Origin: Octopus bimaculoides
Lineage: Eukaryota
Direction of reading: 5' to 3'
DNA: 35,110 nucleotides
Assembly: GCF_001194135.2 (NCBI RefSeq)
Contig: NC_068999.1
Coordinates: forward strand, 35,877,492-35,912,601
A program made the translations under genes and the position numbers. Under the pieces are notes generated by a model, which saw only the letters and a program-made list of their open reading frames with translations, did not search any database and was not told the DNA's origin. Numbering within the stretch: position 1 is the first letter of the stretch; each line of letters begins with the position of its first letter. Shown here in pieces: positions 1 to 12,105 of the stretch.

Positions 1-83
1 TATATATAGAACATGGGGAACTGTCCTTGAAGTTATGCAGTAATTGTTTGACAAACTTTATTATGAGAGGAGTAAGAATTGTG

Positions 84-161
<78 letters not shown>

Positions 162-187
162 GTAATAATAATAATAACAATAATAAT
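84..187. repeat. (AAT)n microsatellite
   Basis: Direct read; source of the poly-Ile and poly-Asn ORFs. Confidence 0.97.
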
Positions 188-442
188 AGATTGTACTTAT
201 GGGTGCTGCCCGAATCCCAAGATAAACGTTGTCAATTTGAAAATAACTGGTTTTCTTAAAGCTCCTTCGAAATTGAAATATTACAAATTTAATCGAGTCT
301 TATTAGTCAGATTCCAGTCTCCCGTAAAATATATCATTGCTAATCATTAAGAACACTCATAGTAAAACGATCGACTACGTGTTACTTTAGCTCCCTGGGT
401 AAGACCTGCAACACCTCGTATAAAAGAAAGCAACACTAACGT

Positions 443-443
443 A

Positions 444-517
<74 letters not shown>

Positions 518-526
518 TAATAATAA
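443..526. repeat. (AAT)n microsatellite
   Basis: Direct read. Confidence 0.97.
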
Positions 527-698
527 TAGCAGTGTTTTTATTAAAATCGTCAGACATATTTAATTAAAATTAATGGTATAATAGACAAAAAGTGTGGCTG
601 ATCAGTTGAGTTGCGTTCCTTCAAAACTGAAGTGAAGGAAGGTCAGTATGACCGTTGTTATTCGTGTATTGTCGCTGCATTTCACGTTGGATATAAAT

Positions 699-710
699 GA
701 GTGTGTGTGC

Positions 711-747
<37 letters not shown>

Positions 748-890
748 CACATGTATATTCATATATATATATATATATGCGCATGCATATTCATGTGTGT
801 TTGTGTGTGTGTGGGTGTGTGTGTGTGTATGTGTGTTTGTATGTATATCTTTATGTCTATATATATATGTGTCTGTATATCTATATATAT
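699..890. repeat. Mixed (GT)n/(AT)n microsatellite field
   Basis: Direct read. Similar fields recur near 1740-1850, 1920-2070, 3005-3270, 4060-4240, 4770-5040, 7490-7758, 8216-8400, 16270-16370, 16700-16910 and 17245-17380. Confidence 0.95.
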
Positions 891-2020
891 AGTCTACCGC
901 ATTGGGCGGTGGAAAGGAGTGTTCTTTATAATCTGATGAGGAGTGATACCAATGGTTTCATGTCCAGAGGTATTACTAAAGTATTCAAACTATCCACTTA
1001 AAAATGTTAGTAATCGATCTCATTTTGTCTCGAATTAGTCTCATTACCAGCATTTCAAAGTAGATTGCTTACAAAAATTCTAACAATTCTTAATACAAGA
1101 AACTTTTGGTACATTTGTTCATATACAAATACAGATGTACATGTGTGTGCATGCGTGTCAGTGTTTGTATGTATGTATGTATGTATGTGCGTGGTTTTCT
1201 ATGCATTTACAGTTTGTGTTTGCCTGTGTGCGTCTGTTCTGCCTTCTCTGAAAGCGGATATAATTTCAAAAATTAAAACTCTCTCTAACATGATATTTCA
1301 CATATCACTGTTTTGTATTTTGCTCTTCAAACACTTGGGACTGGCCAAATTCAGCTACGTCATGTATACAAATTAACGCTGTCACAAATATTATTCTTTT
1401 TTATTTTTTGCTTTGTATATGTCTAAAGTATCCTGTCTTAGATACATGGCAGATGTCTGTTGTGACAATAACTACTATTGAGGCAGAAATGCGTATTCAA
1501 AGCCGTCTTCTTGTGCCAAGACAAGAGCACTGTCTTTAACATGTTAGTTTTGAAGAATCGCTGGTTCTTGATATCATCTCCGTTCTTCACTTAAAATATT
1601 TTGTACCTTTTCTCTAAACAGATAATTTCTATAAAAGAGGAATACATCTTTTATGTCATTTAATATGCTTTTATTTGTCTTTGACTTCTACCTCTCCATT
1701 TCGCTTTCTTTGTATATATAAGTGGAGAGAGCAGGAGAAACAGAGATAGATGATTTTATATATATATATATATATATACGCACGCACAAACATATATATG
1801 TATGTATGTGTGTATGTATAAATCTATATGTATGTATGTATGTATGTGTGTGTCTCTAATGAAGATGTATTGTATATATATTTAGTTTTTTGATTGTTTC
1901 ACTCATTAGACAGCGACCATAAGTATATGTGCATGTATATATACACATACATATGTAAGTATAAACATATACATACATACATACGTGCATATACATATGT
2001 AAGTTTAAACATATACATAC

Positions 2021-2062
<42 letters not shown>

Positions 2063-2190
2063 GTGTGTGTGTATTCGAATAATTACTATGAATCATTGTG
2101 TAGAATATATTGTATAAAGGATCGTGGGTAAGACCAAAACAATGCGAAGTAAATGCAAGGTAAATCACAAGAAAACAATATGTGAATTAA

Positions 2191-2340
2191 TGTAGACTTA
2201 CATTGTATTCAATAGTTCAGGGTCATAACCACATTTTCAAGAAATTGACGAATGTTGCCGATGTGCACATCAGCAACATTCGTTAATTTCTTAAAAATGG
2301 GGTCATAACCCCGAAATATTGAATACAATGTAAGTCTATA
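2191..2340. repeat. 150-bp spacerless palindrome (fold-back), 75-bp arms
   Basis: Centre ATGTG|CACAT at 2265/2266; by hand alignment the arms differ at about 9 of 75 positions; abuts an N gap. Confidence 0.92.
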
Positions 2341-3004
2341 TNNNNNNNNNNNNNNNNNNNNNNNNNNNNNNNNNNNNNNNNNNNNNNNNNNNNNNNNNNN
2401 NNNNNNNNNNNNNNNNNNNNNNNNNNNNNNNNNNNNNNNNNNNNNNNNNNNNNNNNNNNNNNNNNNNNNNNNNNNNNNNNNNNNNNNNNNNNNNNNNNNN
2501 NNNNNNNNNNNNNNNNNNNNNNNNNNNNNNNNNNNNNNNNNNNNNNNNNNNNNNNNNNNNNNNNNNNNNNNNNNNNNNNNNNNNNNNNNNNNNNNNNNNN
2601 NNNNNNNNNNNNNNNNNNNNNNNNNNNNNNNNNNNNNNNNNNNNNNNNNNNNNNNNNNNNNNNNNNNNNNNNNNNNNNNNNNNNNNNNNNNNNNNNNNNN
2701 NNNNNNNNNNNNNNNNNNNNNNNNNNNNNNNNNNNNNNNNNNNNNNNNNNNNNNNNNNNNNNNNNNNNNNNNNNNNNNNNNNNNNNNNNNNNNNNNNNNN
2801 NNNNNNNNNNNNNNNNNNNNNNNNNNNNNNNNNNNNNNNNNNNNNNNNNNNNNNNNNNNNNNNNNNNNNNNNNNNNNNNNNNNNNNNNNNNNNNNNNNNN
2901 NNNNNNNNNNNNNNNNNNNNNNNNNNNNNNNNNNNNNNNNNNNNNNNNNNNNNNNNNNNNNNNNNNNNNNNNNNNNNNNNNNNNNNNNNNNNNNNNNNNN
3001 NNNN

Positions 3005-3040
<36 letters not shown>

Positions 3041-3223
3041 GACACACACACAACACCACACATACACACATATATATATATATATATGTATTTATATAAC
3101 CTTCACTATGTGTATCTCTGTACATGTTTGTGTCAGTGATTAGTTATGTTGCTGTGTGACGGTAAAGAACTATAACTTTATATAAACATATTTGTGCATG
3201 TGTGTGTGCATGTATGTTTGTTT

Positions 3224-3266
<43 letters not shown>

Positions 3267-4354
3267 TGAGAGAAAGAATAAGAGAGATACAATGTGAAAT
3301 AGAAATGCTTCCTCCGCGGTTACGATTGTGGTCTTGAGCTTCGTTATCAGAATCAACATGGCCCACATAGACGAATGTAACTATATGATTATACATGCTA
3401 CTATGTGTTTCAGTGTGTATATATGTATGCACATATATAAGCATGTATGTCTCTAAGTTTATCTTTGTGCGTACTCATATATATNNNNNNNNNNNNNNNN
3501 NNNNNNNNNNNNNNNNNNNNNNNNNNNNNNNNNNNNNNNNNNNNNNNNNNNNNNNNNNNNNNNNNNNNNNNNNNNNNNNNNNNNNNNNNNNNNNNNNNNN
3601 NNNNNNNNNNNNNNNNNNNNNNNNNNNNNNNNNNNNNNNNNNNNNNNNNNNNNNNNNNNNNNNNNNNNNNNNNNNNNNNNNNNNNNNNNNNNATATATAT
3701 ATATATATATATATATATATACGGGTGTATTGCGTGTGTGTATATAATATGCGTATTATAAGCATGTATTCGTACATATGCACCTACTTTCTCGCTTTCG
3801 CGTGTGTGTCTGTGGGTATATAGACATGTATATATAAAGTGAGGTGGTGAGTGATGCATGCGTGCATAAGTATATATGTATGTGCACGCATTTGTTTATA
3901 CGATGTATGTATGGAGATGTACGCAATGTATGTATATTTGTAAATATGTGTATGTTAATGCATTTCCTCTCTATAGTCTCAATTTGGAGATATACATACA
4001 TTTTTTGTATATTTCTGTTTCTCTATAAGTAATTAAATATAAATTTACACACAGACACATATGGATGCATACATGCATGTATGCATGTATGCATGTTTGT
4101 ATATATATATATTTATGGTTAGGCTTAGGCTTAGTGTGTGCATGTATGTGCGCGTATATATATATATGTGTGTGTGTGTGTATGTGTGTGTGTGTGTGTG
4201 TATACATGTGTATGTTTGTGTGTCTGTCTGTACATATATGTGTTTATGTAACTGTATAAGTCTACATTATCAATGTACGTAATAGTTGAGTATGTGTGCT
4301 TTTATGTTTTCATTTTCTTTCTCTGTCTGAGAAATCACAAAATTCCAGTGAAGT

Positions 4355-4592
4355 TTACAATTTAAGATAACTATTAAGGTTATTTTGTGCGGAGGGTTTC
4401 GGTGAAACGTCTTCGTTAGTTGTCTCCTCTACAGCACCATTGGGTACACGGGTAGATACGGGTAGAGATGAGTTGGATGGAAGCCAGGTATCGTTATCCT
4501 GGTAGCTTGATAATGTGGCTTCCCAGACGGCATCGATTGAAGGGCGTGCGTTGTTCAAATTGCTGATGTCAAGGGTCAGCTTGGTACATTCA
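4355..4592 (-). CDS. Terminal coding exon: cytoplasmic tail of the same protein
   Basis: Acceptor tctttcattcaacatttcAG|T, phase 2, matching the TM exon donor (GA+T = Asp) across a 15057-bp intron. Reads ECTKLTLDISNLNNARPSIDAVWEATLSSYQDNDTWLPSNSSLPVSTRVPNGAVEETTNEDVSPKPSAQNNLNSYLKL to TAA at 4357-4355. It is a GC-richer non-repetitive island among microsatellites. N gaps in the intron could hide extra exons. Confidence 0.78.
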
Positions 4593-4985
4593 CTGAAATG
4601 TTGAATGAAAGACAACGATTACATTTCATGCCAGCATTTTCTATAAGAATTTATGAAAGATTAAAATTTGCTAAATTTGCTCGTTGAAATGTCACATGAC
4701 CTCAGCACTGTCTTGTGAGTCACATCGTTTCTAACAGCTACTCTTCTGTTTTCACACCCCACCGTATCTGTGTATGTATGTATGTATGTATGTGTATGTA
4801 TGTAGACACACAAACACACAGACATATACATATATGTGTATATATATGCATGCATTCGTATGTTTGTGAACATATGGTACTTTCTATGCGCACATATATA
4901 TATATATATACATAAATATATATATATATGCATACATTCATACATGCATACATGCATACATACATACATACATACATATATATAC

Positions 4986-5040
<55 letters not shown>

Positions 5041-5465
5041 NNNNNNNNNNNNNNNNNNNNNNNNNNNNNNNNNNNNNNNNNNNNNNNNNNNNNNNNNNNN
5101 NNNNNNNNNNNNNNNNNNNNNNNNNNNNNNNNNNNNNNNNNATATATATGTAGGCAGTAAATCATAAATCCGAAAGATAACCACACTTTAAATTACAGAG
5201 CAGTAGAGTAATTAGATAAGGATAGTAATGGCCGCTCTATGCGGTTACTTCGCGTCCATTAACTGCTTAACTTTACAGCGTCTCTTGAGACTCTAATGGC
5301 TGGTGGCCTATACACTTTCTTCAAAGATGAGGGAGAAAAGACATCATAACTAGCTGTTGAACACACGGACAAAGTAGAAGGGATAAAAACGTATGTAGCT
5401 AGGATGTTCTTTAGGCTAGTAGATAAGCACTTTACACAATCACATAGGCACAGACGCATATTTAA

Positions 5466-5689
5466 CAGGACTTATTCTTTGTAAGCCTAGTACTTATTCT
5501 ATCGGGTTGTTTTGCCGAACCGCTAAGTATACACACCATCAGTTTCCGTCTTGCAAATCCACTTACAAGGCTAACAAATCTACTCAGGTCAGCCCAAGGT
5601 TATAGTAGAAGATACTTGCTCAAAAGGACTGAAACCCGGAACCATGTGATTGGGAAGAAAGCTTCTTACCACACAGCAATTCTTGCGCC
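5466..5689 (-). mobile_element. SINE family A, internally deleted copy
   Basis: Reverse complement matches the 32217 head and part of the 3' half, joined without the central (TA)n. Confidence 0.8.
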
Positions 5690-6716
5690 TATACGTATAT
5701 ATATATACGTATATATATNNNNNNNNNNNNNNNNNNNNNNNNNNNNNNNNNNNNNNNNNNNNNNNNNNNNNNNNNNNNNNNNNNNNNNNNNNNNNNNNNN
5801 NNNNNNNNNNNNNNNNNNNNNNNNNNNNNNNNNNNNNNNNNNNNNNNNNNNNNNNNNNNNNNNNNNNNNNNNNNNNNNNNNNNNNNNNNNNNNNNNNNNN
5901 NNNNNNNNNNNNNNNNNNNNNNNNNNNNNNNNNNNNNNNNNNNNNNNNNNNNNNNNNNNNNNNNNNNNNNNNNNNNNNNNNNNNNNNNNNNNNNNNNNNN
6001 NNNNNNNNNNNNNNNNNNNNNNNNNNNNNNNNNNNNNNNNNNNNNNNNNNNNNNNNNNNNNNNNNNNNNNNNNNNNNNNNNNNNNNNNNNNNNNNNNNNN
6101 NNNNNNNNNNNNNNNNNNNNNNNNNNNNNNNNNNNNNNNNNNNNNNNNNNNNNNNNNNNNNNNNNNNNNNNNNNNNNNNNNNNNNNNNNNNNNNNNNNNN
6201 NNNNNNNNNNNNNNNNNNNNNNNNNNNNNNNNNNNNNNNNNNNNNNNNNNNNNNNNNNNNNNNNNNNNNNNNNNNNNNNNNNNNNNNNNNNNNNNNNNNN
6301 NNNNNNNNNNNNNNNNNNNNNNNNNNNNNNNNNNNNNNNNNNNNNNNNNNNNNNNNNNNNNNNNNNNNNNNNNNNNNNNNNNNNNNNNNNNNNNNNNNNN
6401 NNNNNNNNNNNNNNNNNNNNNNNNNNNNNNNNNNNNNNNNNNNNNNNNNNNNNNNNNNNNNNNNNNNNNNNNNNNNNNNNNNNNNNNNNNNNNNNNNNNN
6501 NNNNNNNNNNNNNNNNNNNNNNNNNNNNNNNNNNNNNNNNNNNNNNNNNNNNNNNNNNNNNNNNNNNNNNNNNNNNNNNNNNNNNNNNNNNNNNNNNNNN
6601 NNNNNNNNNNNNNNNNNNNNNNNNNNNNNNNNNNNNNNNNNNNNNNNNNNNNNNNNNNNNNNNNNNNNNNNNNNNNNNNNNNNNNNNNNNNNNNNNNNNN
6701 NNNNNNNNNNNNNNNN

Positions 6717-6750
<34 letters not shown>

Positions 6751-7711
6751 TACATACAGATACAGACACGCACACACATATAAACACACACAAACACGTA
6801 TATATACACATGCACCTTCACACAAAGAATATAGAAAGAAAAGAATGAACAGAGAGAGAGATTGAGAGAGACAAAATGTGTAAGTGAAATAAATAAACAC
6901 TCTCTTATTTGTTGAATAATATATGAAATCGCATTACTTCATAACCAGAAAATATTCCATTGATATCGCTTTGCTATCGATTTTCGTTCATAATCTGAAC
7001 TGTGAAACAAGATTAACAGCCTTGCAGCGAACTATTCGATTTGGCTGTTCTTCTTTTCTCACGTCTCTCTTCCTCTACGTCTCCTTCTACTAAATATTTT
7101 CCCTTCCAAGTCAACTAGAAAGGAGGCTCCAATGAAGACAAAAAAGACAAAAAATTCCACCATAAAACTAATTTTCTCCAAGAACAAATAGTTAAACATC
7201 GTAAAATATTCCTAACCGACAACAACAATAACAATATCATTAACAACACTAGCAGTAACAACAATAAGAAGAAGAAAAAGGACACCAATAACAATAACGG
7301 GAAAGCAATACCATCCATGCTTTATTCAGAAATGTCATCCCCGCCTCAGATCTTTTGAATAATATCTCCATACTATTGTATTTATTTAATCGAAAGTTTA
7401 TTTTGTTTTATATTATTGGTTTCCTTAGTTCTTTCTTGTTCTCGAACTCAATTAAGCGACGTTTTATCCATACATATCCATATACTACGCACACGAATAG
7501 ATATATCCATACACACACAGACACACACGCATACATAGACAGACAGGCACACACACACACATATATATGTAATTATATGCGTATGTATATCCATTTATGT
7601 ATATATATATATATGGATATTCAACACACACACACACATATATATATATATACATACTCATATACTTATACATATTTACAGAAAAAAACATACATACACA
7701 CACACACACAC

Positions 7712-7758
<47 letters not shown>

Positions 7759-8215
7759 NNNNNNNNNNNNNNNNNNNNNNNNNNNNNNNNNNNNNNNNNN
7801 NNNNNNNNNNNNNNNNNNNNNNNNNNNNNNNNNNNNNNNNNNNNNNNNNNNNNNNNNNNNNNNNNNNNNNNNNNNNNNNNNNNNNNNNNNNNNNNNNNNN
7901 NNNNNNNNNNNNNNNNNNNNNNNNNNNNNNNNNNNNNNNNNNNNNNNNNNNNNNNNNNNNNNNNNNNNNNNNNNNNNNNNNNNNNNNNNNNNNNNNNNNN
8001 NNNNNNNNNNNNNNNNNNNNNNNNNNNNNNNNNNNNNNNNNNNNNNNNNNNNNNNNNNNNNNNNNNNNNNNNNNNNNNNNNNNNNNNNNNNNNNNNNNNN
8101 NNNNNNNNNNNNNNNNNNNNNNNNNNNNNNNNNNNNNNNNNNNNNNNNNNNNNNNNNNNNNNNNNNNNNNNNNNNNNNNNNNNNNNNNNNNNNNNNNNNN
8201 NNNNNNNNNNNNNNN

Positions 8216-8269
<54 letters not shown>

Positions 8270-8304
8270 TTATATGTAGCTATAGCTATAGCTATATATG
8301 TGTA

Positions 8305-8335
<31 letters not shown>

Positions 8336-9145
8336 GTATGCATATATAAGCATGTAAAACCTAAGTCTATATGTATAAATACATGCACAAACGCATACAC
8401 AAAATAGATGAATGTTTAAATATATCAATAGCGAAATAGTGTGAAGATATTAGCATACAATTCCTCAAGTGTTACTTTTAAGTTTGGATTTTCAGCTATG
8501 ATTAAGAGTTCAATTAGTGGAAGCAAATCTTTATTTTCGATATATGTTTGTAGAGAGCAAAGATAACAGAGATTCTTGAATGTGTTTACTAAGTCAGGTA
8601 AGTAACTGAACGTTATCTCAGTTGAGGAGAAACCTGTGTAAATAAATTAAAGATTTTGTTGATTCTAGGAATTTTGTAAGGGAATGAATATGGAAATGTG
8701 TGACAATCATGCATTTTTTTAATTCATTAATGCTTGAAATCGAACAGGTATCACGGCGCTAGCGTTACGTCAGTGAATGGATTACAAGTGAAATGCTGTT
8801 CATTTTATATTCTACAATCTTACACTCACCACTTCATAATAATGATGGTGGTGATGATCGTGAATGCTTCTTCGGCTTCATTGCTGAGTAGACAGTTGTT
8901 TCCTCTTTACTCTTTTGTTCCTTTACTCTTCTACTCTGTTACTTGTTTCAGTTCTATAGCTCTGGCCATGTTGGGGCACCGTCGTTAGCCTTGCTACGCT
9001 TTCGCTAATTTAAACCTCCTTTGACATCTGATATTTGGTGAATGAGAGGGTTTGATTTTGCTACCCTCATCTGCGTTTCTTACCGCTAGGTAGATTCAAC
9101 TTTGAAGACGAAGTAGTTATTCTCCAAGATAAATTTTAGCTTTAT

Positions 9146-9495
9146 GAGTGCTTATTGAGCGAAAACACCTAAAGCTCCACAAGGCTCCGGCATGGGTTAG
9201 GGTTAGGGTTCCTGCTGTACTCTTCCACCACAATTTTCTCCACTCTTTCTTCCTGTTCCTGTTGTACCTGTATTTCCAAGGGCCAGCCTTTGTACGCATT
9301 TGTACCACACCACCACCATCACTTCACAAACTATGCTGGTGTCTTTACGTCCCCGTAACTTTACAGTGCTGCAGAAAGAGATCGATACAATAGGTACTAG
9401 GCTTATGAAGAATAAGTCTTGGGGTCGATTTGTTCGACTAAAGGTGGTGCTCCAATATGGCGGCAGTCAAATGACTGAAATAAGTAAAAAGATTA
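9146..9495 (+). mobile_element. Chimeric SINE: body of family C joined to the 3' half of family A
   Basis: 9146-9290 matches 34860-35000 (TTATTGAGCGAAAAC.CC.AAAGCTCCAC.AGGCTCCGGCA). 9300-9495 matches 32860-33060 (ATGCTGGTGT.TTT.CGTCCCCGTAAC...GACTAAAGG.GGTGCTCCA). Confidence 0.78.
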
Positions 9496-9685
9496 TNNNN
9501 NNNNNNNNNNNNNNNNNNNNNNNNNNNNNNNNNNNNNNNNNNNNNNNNNNNNNNNNNNNNNNNNNNNNNNNNNNNNNNNNNNNNNNNNNNNNNNNNNNNN
9601 NNNNNNNNNNNNNNNNNNNNNNNNNNNNNNNNNNNNNNNNNNNNNNNNNNNNNNNNNNNNNNNNNNNATATATATATATATATAC

Positions 9686-9847
9686 ACGACAGGCTTCCAT
9701 ACAGATTTCGTCCACCAATTTACACACAAGGCTATAATAGCAGACATTAGCCCATGATGACGTGCAATGGGACTAAACCGAAAACCAATGTGTTGTAACG
9801 CGAGCCTTGTAACGCGAGCCTTTTAACCGCATGGCCATGCCTCCGCC
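9686..9847 (-). mobile_element. SINE family A, 5' half, diverged
   Basis: Reverse complement aligns to 32217-32380; contains a 14-bp tandem duplication TGTAACGCGAGCCT. Confidence 0.68.
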
Positions 9848-10769
9848 TATATAGGCTCAGAAGATGCAAAATTAAGAATAACTACAACGTACTATTTACC
9901 AGAATATATCTAACACACAGCAAGCTATCTTTGAAACAAGAGAATAGAAATAACATGCAATAACATCCATAAATTAACTAAACATAAATAGCGCGGAATA
10001 AGTGAAGAATAACGCCATACTGTAGTTAAAAAATTTAAATAACAATTTTATAATAACCACTGCAAAATATCTAACACAATATGGTCGTAACCATAGGTCG
10101 CTGATACGCAATGCCCACTGTAACTACAGTATCTATAGAAAAAAGATCTTTATCAACGCCATAACGTAATGCCAAAGCACAACTCATTAGCATCACAAAT
10201 ATACATCCAGAAAAACGAGAACCCCTACGTGGTTGCTCGACGAGCTGAAAGTAACAAATAAATCACTTCAAAAATGAGGAAAGTAGTCATTAGATAAAGT
10301 AGTTGTAGACATACATACGATGTTCGAATGAAAGAAAGGTTGGACACAACTGGAAAGATTCTCATCAGATGTCTCTACAAGAGCTGCATTGAGTTTGAAA
10401 AAGTCACCATCGTCATAATCATCCCTATATATATCTATCAGATCGTTACTACTATTCATCGCACAATAACTACTCTATGTCAGCTACTAAATAATAGCCA
10501 TCATGCAATAACCAATGTGCTGTAACCGCAAACACATTAACAACAGACGTTTCCGATCCACAGTAACATTTTCGTGTCAAAATTCACAGAATAAAGACAC
10601 ACACACACATACACACACACATGCACGCACGCATGCACGCACGGACACCACACACACACACATAAGATAGAGAGTTCATATAGAGATGCATATAGATATA
10701 CATACATATATACATACACACACGCATTTCTAAATCTCTCAGTGAGACTTAAGCAGTAGTGATGCGATA

Positions 10770-11073
10770 AAGTAGTTGTATACTGCCAACTTAACGTGAC
10801 AGTCCCAATAAGGGAATATACTACTGCTGTNNNNNNNNNNCTTAACGTGACAGTCCCAATAAGGGAATATACTACTGCTGTTTAGCCCTAGGAAGCCAGA
10901 CCGCTTCCTATTAGGCCTTGACACACTTTCTGTGCCCTTATCTTTACGAAGGGGAGACAAACTCCTCCAGCCAGCCCAGCCAGCATACAGGGACATGTTT
11001 CTGAGTATTTGCTCGTCATCAGCCTGAAGTAGCATGACCGGCTAGCTGAAGAAATCTGTCTAAGCTTCGTAAG
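10770..11073 (-). mobile_element. Short hammerhead-bearing interspersed repeat (Penelope-like terminal repeat or retrozyme-like); boundaries approximate
   Basis: GC-richer block carrying the 10988-11026 hammerhead and a perfect 8-bp hairpin TAGGAAGC/GCTTCCTA (10889-10910). It abuts a 10-N gap and an (AT)n tract at 11074. The class is inferred from the ribozyme only. Confidence 0.45.
10988..11026 (-). ncRNA. Minimal type I hammerhead ribozyme motif with canonical core
   Basis: Minus strand reads CAGG-CTGATGA-CGAG-CAAATA-CTCA-GAAA-CATG-TC-CCTG. Helix I CAGG/CCTG; core CUGAUGA; helix II GAG/CUC with a C.A mismatch at its base; GAAA; palindromic helix III ACAUGU; UC cleavage site predicted between 10992 and 10991. 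Confidence 0.72.
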
Positions 11074-11083
11074 NNNNNNNNNN

Positions 11084-11124
<41 letters not shown>

Positions 11125-11252
11125 GTGACATATTAATAAAAATCTGTAAATGTACAACCATCCAGAGATCTCTGAGTACCTTATTACTTTTTCCAATATA
11201 TAATTCCTGTACATCACCTCCAAACCTTCCAATATATATATATATATATGTA

Positions 11253-12105
11253 CAAAGGCCTACCCCAAAGAAACTGGAATCTTGCAATATTATTTTATTC
11301 ACTTAGTTTTACATGATTACCCTTTCATCGCCTTCAACGTCTTCTCCATTTGAAGCAATGCATCAGTCCAGACGTGTTTTCCCCTATTTGAAGCAGTGCT
11401 ATAACTCTTGCGAAGTGATACCTTTTAATGCTCCCGTCGTTTTTTTTTTCTTCTCTTCTTCATCTCTTCCACACCTACAAGTTCCGTAGCACCACCTTTC
11501 ATCACCAGTGGTGACCTTCAGAAAAAAGGTTCGGATTAACTTCCAAATTTTCTTTCAGTTCACGACATTTATTCAGTCGTCACTGTTTTTTATGTTCCGT
11601 GATCAAGCGAGGCATACATTTTGATACAACTCTTTTCATTCGTAATTTCTCGCTCAAAATTCATTGGCAGGAGATCCAGGACACACCAGTCATATCAGTA
11701 AGTTTGTCAATTTTTTGGTAATGTTCCTCAAAGATAAGTTCATGAATTTTCATGATGTTTTCATTCGTTCGAGAGGTCGACACTCACCCTCAACGAAATT
11801 GGTCCTCAAGCAATAAGTGACCATTCCTAAAGCGTGAAAACCACTCCATAATCATGTTTTGCTGATGACAGCGGCCTTGTAAGCTGTTTGAAGCCTAACA
11901 ACTGTTTCGGCCGCCGTTTTCGCCAGCGGAAAACGAAATTTCACGGAAGCCCGCTGTTCCTTCGTTTCAGCCATCGCAAAAATCGAGAGAAGCAGGAGAG
12001 AAGCAGTGCAAAACAAAACGCACCACGTGACAGTATGACACAACAGGACAACGCCGGTCGGCAGACTGATGCATCAGTCACTTCTAGCGCTCCAAATTTA
12101 ATTTG
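11253..12105 (-). mobile_element. Mariner-family transposon remnant with the catalytic core deleted
   Basis: ATG at 11974: MAETKEQRASVKFRFPLAKTAAETVVRLQTAYKAAVISKT, continuing through decayed ...TGDERWCYG. It then jumps directly to the C-terminal ...TTGALKGITSQE...CIASNGEDVEGD. One TIR-like end TA|CAAAGGCCTACCCCAAAGAAACTGGAAT at 11251; the other end was not found. Confidence 0.82.

Noticed and set aside
5259-5459. Minus-strand 66-aa ORF near the last exon
   Set aside because: No convincing splice sites or recognisable protein features; the 19650 and 4592 exons already join in phase.
7119-7358. 79-codon plus-strand open frame rich in Lys/Asn (KGGSNEDKKDKK...), and a similar Asn/Thr frame at 13482-13697
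   Set aside because: Built on degenerate (AAC)/(AAG) repeats that are stop-poor on this strand; no domain, no partner exons, antisense to the host gene.
27-8407. Long ORFs of poly-I/N, CV, YI, HT or X residues (also at 16210-17472, 21514-21867, 28690-29255, 30098-30310, 31531-31815, 33747-34064)
   Set aside because: They are translations of microsatellites and N gaps, which lack stop codons in some frames.
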